A stretch of 11,419 nucleotides of DNA from Candidatus Zixiibacteriota bacterium (GTDB lineage Bacteria > Zixibacteria > MSB-5A5 > CAIYYT01), in NCBI GenBank assembly GCA_040235515.1, contig JBECKX010000147.1:1-11419 (forward strand). The letters run 5' to 3'. The notes beneath the pieces are model-generated. The model worked only from the letters and a program-made list of their open reading frames with translations. It did not search any database and was not told the DNA's origin. Shown piece after piece: positions 7,379 to 11,419 of the stretch. Position 1 is the first letter of the stretch; every line of letters starts with the position of its first letter. A program made the position numbers and the translations under genes.

Positions 7379-8233
7379 TTGGCTAGACAGTCCAGGAAGT
7401 ATCGTGATGAAGACAGATCTCTTGATCTCTATCTGAAGGAGATTGGCGAGACTCCATTGATTAGCGCTGAAGAGGAAGTGCGACTGGCGAAGAAGATTCA
7501 TGAAGGCGACCAGCGTGCACTTGAGGCCTTGACCAAGGCAAACCTGCGCTTCGTGGTGAGTGTTGCCAAGCAGTATCAGAATCAGGGTCTGTCACTCGCT
7601 GATTTGATCAATGAGGGGAACATCGGACTGATCAAGGCCGCGAAACGGTTCGATTGGACGCGTGGGTTCAAGTTCATATCCTACGCTGTCTGGTGGATTC
7701 GTCAAGCGATCCTGCAGGCGTTGGCAGAGCAGTCACGCATCGTGCGTCTCCCGCTCAACCGCGTGGGTACCTTGCACAAGATCGGCAAGGTGTCATCCTC
7801 GCTCGAGCAGGAGTATGGCCGCGAGCCGTCGCCGGAGGAGATCGCGCATGAGTTGGAGTTGTCGGAGACGGAAGTGTCCGATACGCTCAAGATCTCCAAT
7901 TCGCATCTGTCGCTTGATGCACCGTTCTCGGTCTCTGAGGACAACAGTCTGATCGATGTCCTAGAGGATGAATTTCAACCCGCTCCTGACGAAGCCCTGC
8001 TTGATCAGTCATTACGGCTGGAAATCGAGAAGGCTCTCGACACCCTGACTCCGCGCGAGGCTGAGGTGATCAATCTTTATTTTGGCCTTAATCATGAGAA
8101 GGCATTAACACTTGAAGAGATTGGCGCCCGGTTTAATCTCACGCGCGAGCGTGTTCGTCAGATCAAAGAGAAAGCGATAAGGAGGCTACGGCACGCATCC
8201 CGCTCACGCAGCCTGCGTGCGTATCTGACTTAG
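7379..8233 (+). CDS. rpoD: RNA polymerase sigma-70 factor, RpoD/SigA family, short FCB type lacking region 1.1 (284 aa)
   Basis: Region 1.2 [14 protein letters not shown]. Region 2 [13 protein letters not shown]...[35 protein letters not shown]. Region 4.2 [31 protein letters not shown] start after AGGA. Whether it is the primary sigma cannot be decided from this window. Confidence 0.93.
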   Translation: MARQSRKYRDEDRSLDLYLKEIGETPLISAEEEVRLAKKIHEGDQRALEALTKANLRFVVSVAKQYQNQGLSLADLINEGNIGLIKAAKRFDWTRGFKFISYAVWWIRQAILQALAEQSRIVRLPLNRVGTLHKIGKVSSSLEQEYGREPSPEEIAHELELSETEVSDTLKISNSHLSLDAPFSVSEDNSLIDVLEDEFQPAPDEALLDQSLRLEIEKALDTLTPREAEVINLYFGLNHEKALTLEEIGARFNLTRERVRQIKEKAIRRLRHASRSRSLRAYLT

Positions 8234-8293
8234 AGTACAGTTAAAGAGAATTGAAGTGTATCGCGCGGTGAAAGCCGAGTTGATGCACACCCT

Positions 8294-8330
8294 AAGGAGA
8301 CGTAACACCACAACGTCTCCTTTTTGTTTT
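8294..8330 (+). terminator. Rho-independent terminator after the sigma factor gene
   Basis: Perfect 10-bp stem AAGGAGACGT (8294-8303) / ACGTCTCCTT (8313-8322) followed by TTTGTTTT. Confidence 0.88.
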
Positions 8331-8352
8331 GAGGGGACGGGGGAATGTCCCC

Positions 8353-8526
8353 GCCCGGGCCGAGTCATTCCAGGCTTGACCCGGAACCCATCTCCTTCCG
8401 TGGGCGGTGTACGTCCTCGTGCACCGCGAACACACCCCTGCCCGGGCCGAGTCATTCCGGCTTTGACCCGGAATCCATCTCCTTCCGTGCGCGGTGTACG
8501 TCCTCGTGCACCGCGAACACACCCCC
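8353..8526. repeat. Two tandem 87-bp repeat units, each with two palindromes
   Basis: 8353-8439 and 8440-8526 differ at about 6 positions. Each has a GTCATTCC..TTGACCCGGAAYCCA hairpin and a GCGGTGTACG-TCCT-CGTGCACCGC hairpin. Confidence 0.92.
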
Positions 8527-8824
8527 GCCGCATACTTGACGCTGCGCGTCAACTTCGCGGCGACCCCTCTCGAGAGGGGTTGGGCTACGTCGGGCTCGCT
8601 GCAGTTGTCGGGCGCAGCGTGCTGCGCCTGGACATCTACACCCTCACCCACGACCCCTCTCCCTCAAGAGGGAGAGGGGAGCAGATCAGGAGTGGGAACA
8701 TCGTTCAGGTTATTGACGGTGCGCGGTGTACGTCCTCGTGCACCGCGAACACACCCCCGCCGCAAACTTGACGCTGTGCGTCAACCTCGCGGCGACCCCT
8801 CTCAAGAGGGGTTGGGCTACGTCG
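8487..8824. repeat. 106-bp dispersed direct repeat (8487-8592 and 8719-8824)
   Basis: 4 mismatches in 106 nt, offset 232 nt. The unit carries three hairpins: GCGGTGTACG/CGTGCACCGC, CGCCGC..TTGACGC/GCGTCAA..GCGGCG and ACCCCTCT/AGAGGGGT. Confidence 0.92.
8641..8680. repeat. CCCTCACCC..CCCCTCTCCC-N-GGGAGAGGGG palindromic extragenic element
   Basis: CCCCTCTCCCTC-AA-GAGGGAGAGGGG is a perfect hairpin preceded by CCCTCACCC. A degenerate relative starts at 8991. Confidence 0.75.
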
Positions 8825-8844
8825 TACTGGCCACGGATATGGCT

Positions 8845-8894
8845 GTAGGGGCACGTCGCACGTGCCGCAGAGGGCATGCGTAGCATGCCCCTAC
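8845..8894. repeat. GTAG-type REP doublet (REPIN-like)
   Basis: GTAG-GGGCACG-TCGCA-CGTGCC on + and GTAG-GGGCATGC-TAC-GCATGCCC on -, giving terminal inverted repeats GTAGGGGCA (8845-8853) / TGCCCCTAC (8886-8894). Confidence 0.8.
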
Positions 8895-9044
8895 GGAGAA
8901 TCCACTCTATTGTGCCAACATAAGTTGGTAGTCCACAGCTTGCTGTGGGATCGGTTGGAGGTTTCGCTGTTGTCGGCAGGCTTCCCACGGCCCCTCTCCC
9001 TCTGGATGGAGAAGAGAGATAGCGAGAAATGGCGAAGCCATTCC

Positions 9045-9070
9045 GTCATTCCCGCGCAGGTGGGAATCCA
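9045..9070. repeat. dRS3-like palindrome GTC-ATTCCC-N8-GGGAAT-CCA
   Basis: ATTCCC (9048-9053) GCGCAGGT GGGAAT (9062-9067) matches the ATTCCC-N8-GGGAAT consensus. Confidence 0.8.
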
Positions 9071-9090
9071 TTCAAACTCCCCAAAACCGA

Positions 9091-9120
9091 TTGACAACTC
9101 CATGCTTCCGCAGTTATTTG
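9091..9120 (+). promoter_or_regulatory. Candidate promoter for the beta-helix gene
   Basis: TTGACA (9091-9096), 18 nt spacer, TATTTG (9115-9120), 30 nt before the TTG start. Confidence 0.35.
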
Positions 9121-9150
9121 AGTCGGTCCCCATAAGAAAGGCGGAAGGCA

Positions 9151-11419
9151 TTGAGATATCTGTTAATTCTGACAACGCTATTTCTTCTGGCAGGGGTATG
9201 TCCGGCAGCGACGATCCATGTACCGGCAGATCAACTGACGATCCAGGCGGGGATTGATGCGGCAGTGGATGGTGATACGGTGCTGGTAGCGGCGGGGGTC
9301 TACTCAGGATTTGTAAGCATCAATGCAAAGTCGATTAGTTTACTGTCGGAATTAGGTCCAGATGAAACTTATCTGAGCTCAATTGATAGCATTTTGCAGA
9401 TCATAGACGTGCCAACCAGCGTTTTGATCAAAGGATTCCGATTTGGTGGCGCTCAGCTTGGAACCGTTGTTCGAAATGATAGCGATGTCGTTATCAGCGA
9501 TTGTGAGTTTGACAGTCTGCTGGATAGATCGGTGTTGGCAGCTTCCTCTAATGTTGCCATAGAGCGATGCATTGTGCGACCAACATCAGTCACCAACGCC
9601 CCTGTTTTTGCAACCAGCAATTCCTTTGCGAGGATAAGCTACAACCTATTTGTCGGCGGTGGACCCAATGCCGCGATTCTGATTCACGGTGGATCGGCAG
9701 GTAGCATCGTCAACAATACCTTCTACAGCTGTCGCGGAGGTGTGGCAACCGAAAACGGTGGCACATCAGATATTCGCAACAATATTTTCTCAAGTTTAAC
9801 ACACTATGGGATATTCTCAGATGTCTCTTCCTCAGAGCAGATTGACTACAATCTCTTTTATGCAAACTCACCCGATTTAATAGGTGCCTCATTTGGAATA
9901 GGGAATGTGTCTGGCGACCCACTGTTTGTAGGCGCTGGAGTACAGGATTTTGGCTTGCAGCAAACGTCTCCGTGCATCGACACTGGCGATCCAGACCCAG
10001 CATATGACGACCCGGATGGCACACGGAACGACATGGGCGCGTTTTTCTTCAACCAATGTCGCGGATTAGTTCTCGATGTTCCCAATGAGTACTCAACGAT
10101 TCAATCAGCGATCGATGATGCCGTTGAATGCGACACGATTATAGTGCAGCCTGGTGTGTACTACGAGCGAATTTCCTACCTCGGAAAGAATATCGTAGTT
10201 GCCAGCAACTACATCCTGTCTGGTGACACTGCAGACATTTCAAACACAATCATTGATGGTGATACAATGGTTCTTGGAGTCGCGGACACGGGTAGCGTGG
10301 TGCGGTTCGTGAATGAGGAAGATTCGACGGCGCAGCTGGTCGGGTTTACGATTCGAAACGGTACCGGCATTGGAGGCAAGGGAGGTGGCATCTTTGTGTC
10401 GAATTCCAACTATGGCGAACCCCTCTCTAACGCCAGAATAAGACACTGCTATGTAGTTGATAACTTAAACTCGGGTGTTAGAGGAAGTTCATCAACGGTC
10501 CTGGATAGCTGTCGGATTTTCAGAAACAATCCATTTGGCTACGAAGGCCCCGGTTCATTGGAGTATTGTGACCTTGATTCGAATGTCATTGCTGGTGTGA
10601 GTCTGACTGGCGGTGGCGTAAGTCTGCGTTACTGTAGCCTGACAAAACAAAGCTATGGCATAAAACCCGATGGTCGCGATCGCAGTGCAACAGTATATGG
10701 CTGTACTTTTGAGAACAATGGAACTGCGTGGGCGCAGGACAATCCGGCATTCGCAAGGCGGTGCACGTTTGTCGGCAATGATATCGGGTTGTACACAGGT
10801 TTAGGGGCAGACAAATCGCCGGATTACCTTAGTCGCAGTGTCACTCCAATTTGGATAGTGGATAGCTGCCAATTTAGCAACAATACCTATGCACTGCGAA
10901 TTGATGATTTCTCAGCGTTCGGGTCAGCTGGATTGCGGTATTCAACATTTGACAGCAATTATATTGCGATTACTGTCCAAGTAGATAACCAGCCTGAGTT
11001 CTACGACTGCCTATTCTTAGGAAATGACTACGCGATTCACTGCACAGAGTCCAATTTTGGTCCAGCGACTATTAGGAACTGCAGATTTGTGGAGAATTCA
11101 GCAGGTACCTTGCACAATCTAGGCCGAGTAACTTGCGACAGCTCCTATTTTCAGGGAAACACTGGGGAATCAATCACACCAGCCAGCTGCTGTAGCGGTA
11201 ACGGCAACTACACATTCTCACATTCGACATTTGTTAATAATCAGATCGATTCAGGGCCACTGTTTCAGGCGCTTATGGGAATTCTGCAACTAGATAACTG
11301 TCTGATCGTCGGGAACACTTGTGAGGAGATAGCGACAAGTTGGCTGGATGACGTGGATACCGACTCCGGCACAGTCACAGCAACCTGCACCGACATCTAT
11401 GGTAACTCAGGGGTTGAAT
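9151..11419 (+). CDS. Secreted right-handed parallel beta-helix (pectin-lyase-like fold) repeat protein with at least two tandem modules; 3'-truncated, at least 756 aa
   Basis: I translated frame 1 by hand: no stop after TAA at 9133-9135 to the window end. TTG start after AAGGCGG. Signal peptide MRYLLILTTLFLLAGVCPA. Cap motif TIHVPADQLTIQAGIDAAVDGDTVLVAAGVY. End motif DPLFV...SPCIDTGDP...DGTRNDMGAF. Second cap VPNEYSTIQSAIDDAVECDTIIVQPGVYYE. Many xCxFxxN coils. Missing from the ORF track because it has no stop codon in the window. Confidence 0.9.
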   Translation, partial: MRYLLILTTLFLLAGVCPAATIHVPADQLTIQAGIDAAVDGDTVLVAAGVYSGFVSINAKSISLLSELGPDETYLSSIDSILQIIDVPTSVLIKGFRFGGAQLGTVVRNDSDVVISDCEFDSLLDRSVLAASSNVAIERCIVRPTSVTNAPVFATSNSFARISYNLFVGGGPNAAILIHGGSAGSIVNNTFYSCRGGVATENGGTSDIRNNIFSSLTHYGIFSDVSSSEQIDYNLFYANSPDLIGASFGIGNVSGDPLFVGAGVQDFGLQQTSPCIDTGDPDPAYDDPDGTRNDMGAFFFNQCRGLVLDVPNEYSTIQSAIDDAVECDTIIVQPGVYYERISYLGKNIVVASNYILSGDTADISNTIIDGDTMVLGVADTGSVVRFVNEEDSTAQLVGFTIRNGTGIGGKGGGIFVSNSNYGEPLSNARIRHCYVVDNLNSGVRGSSSTVLDSCRIFRNNPFGYEGPGSLEYCDLDSNVIAGVSLTGGGVSLRYCSLTKQSYGIKPDGRDRSATVYGCTFENNGTAWAQDNPAFARRCTFVGNDIGLYTGLGADKSPDYLSRSVTPIWIVDSCQFSNNTYALRIDDFSAFGSAGLRYSTFDSNYIAITVQVDNQPEFYDCLFLGNDYAIHCTESNFGPATIRNCRFVENSAGTLHNLGRVTCDSSYFQGNTGESITPASCCSGNGNYTFSHSTFVNNQIDSGPLFQALMGILQLDNCLIVGNTCEEIATSWLDDVDTDSGTVTATCTDIYGNSGVE

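Noticed and set aside
8353..8824. CRISPR array
   Set aside because: The sequence between repeat copies is itself duplicated rather than unique, spacing is irregular (87 and 232 nt), and no cas genes are present.
9151..9207. Lipoprotein signal (LAGVC) in the beta-helix protein
   Set aside because: The residues before Cys are A-G-V, not a canonical lipobox. Cleavage at CPA|ATIHV by signal peptidase I fits better.
8204..9257. Overlapping ORFs of 64-171 aa on both strands
   Set aside because: They are Pro/Arg/Gly-rich translations of GC-rich palindromic repeats, several cross the terminator, and none has a convincing RBS or protein motif.

Overview
Bacterial chromosomal window with all genes on the + strand. 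It most likely comes from an FCB-group lineage such as Zixibacteria (inference: short Bacteroidota-type RpoD, GGAGG ribosome-binding sites, and secreted proteins ending in a 'YIFxGG..P' dockerin). In order: the 3' end of an unidentified gene; a probable operon of three paralogous secreted proteins, each with signal peptide, Cys-rich cohesin-like domain, internal dockerin-like EF-hand pair, beta domain and C-terminal dockerin ending in CxxC; a terminator; a DegP/HtrA protease; a structured 350-bp intergenic region; a sigma-70 factor; a terminator; a ~740-bp mosaic of several REP-like palindrome families with two recent duplications; and a long secreted tandem beta-helix protein that runs off the window and is absent from the supplied ORF track. 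The best candidate for an undescribed system is the non-cellulosomal cohesin + two-dockerin triplet. Domain calls come from motif recognition only, with no database searches.
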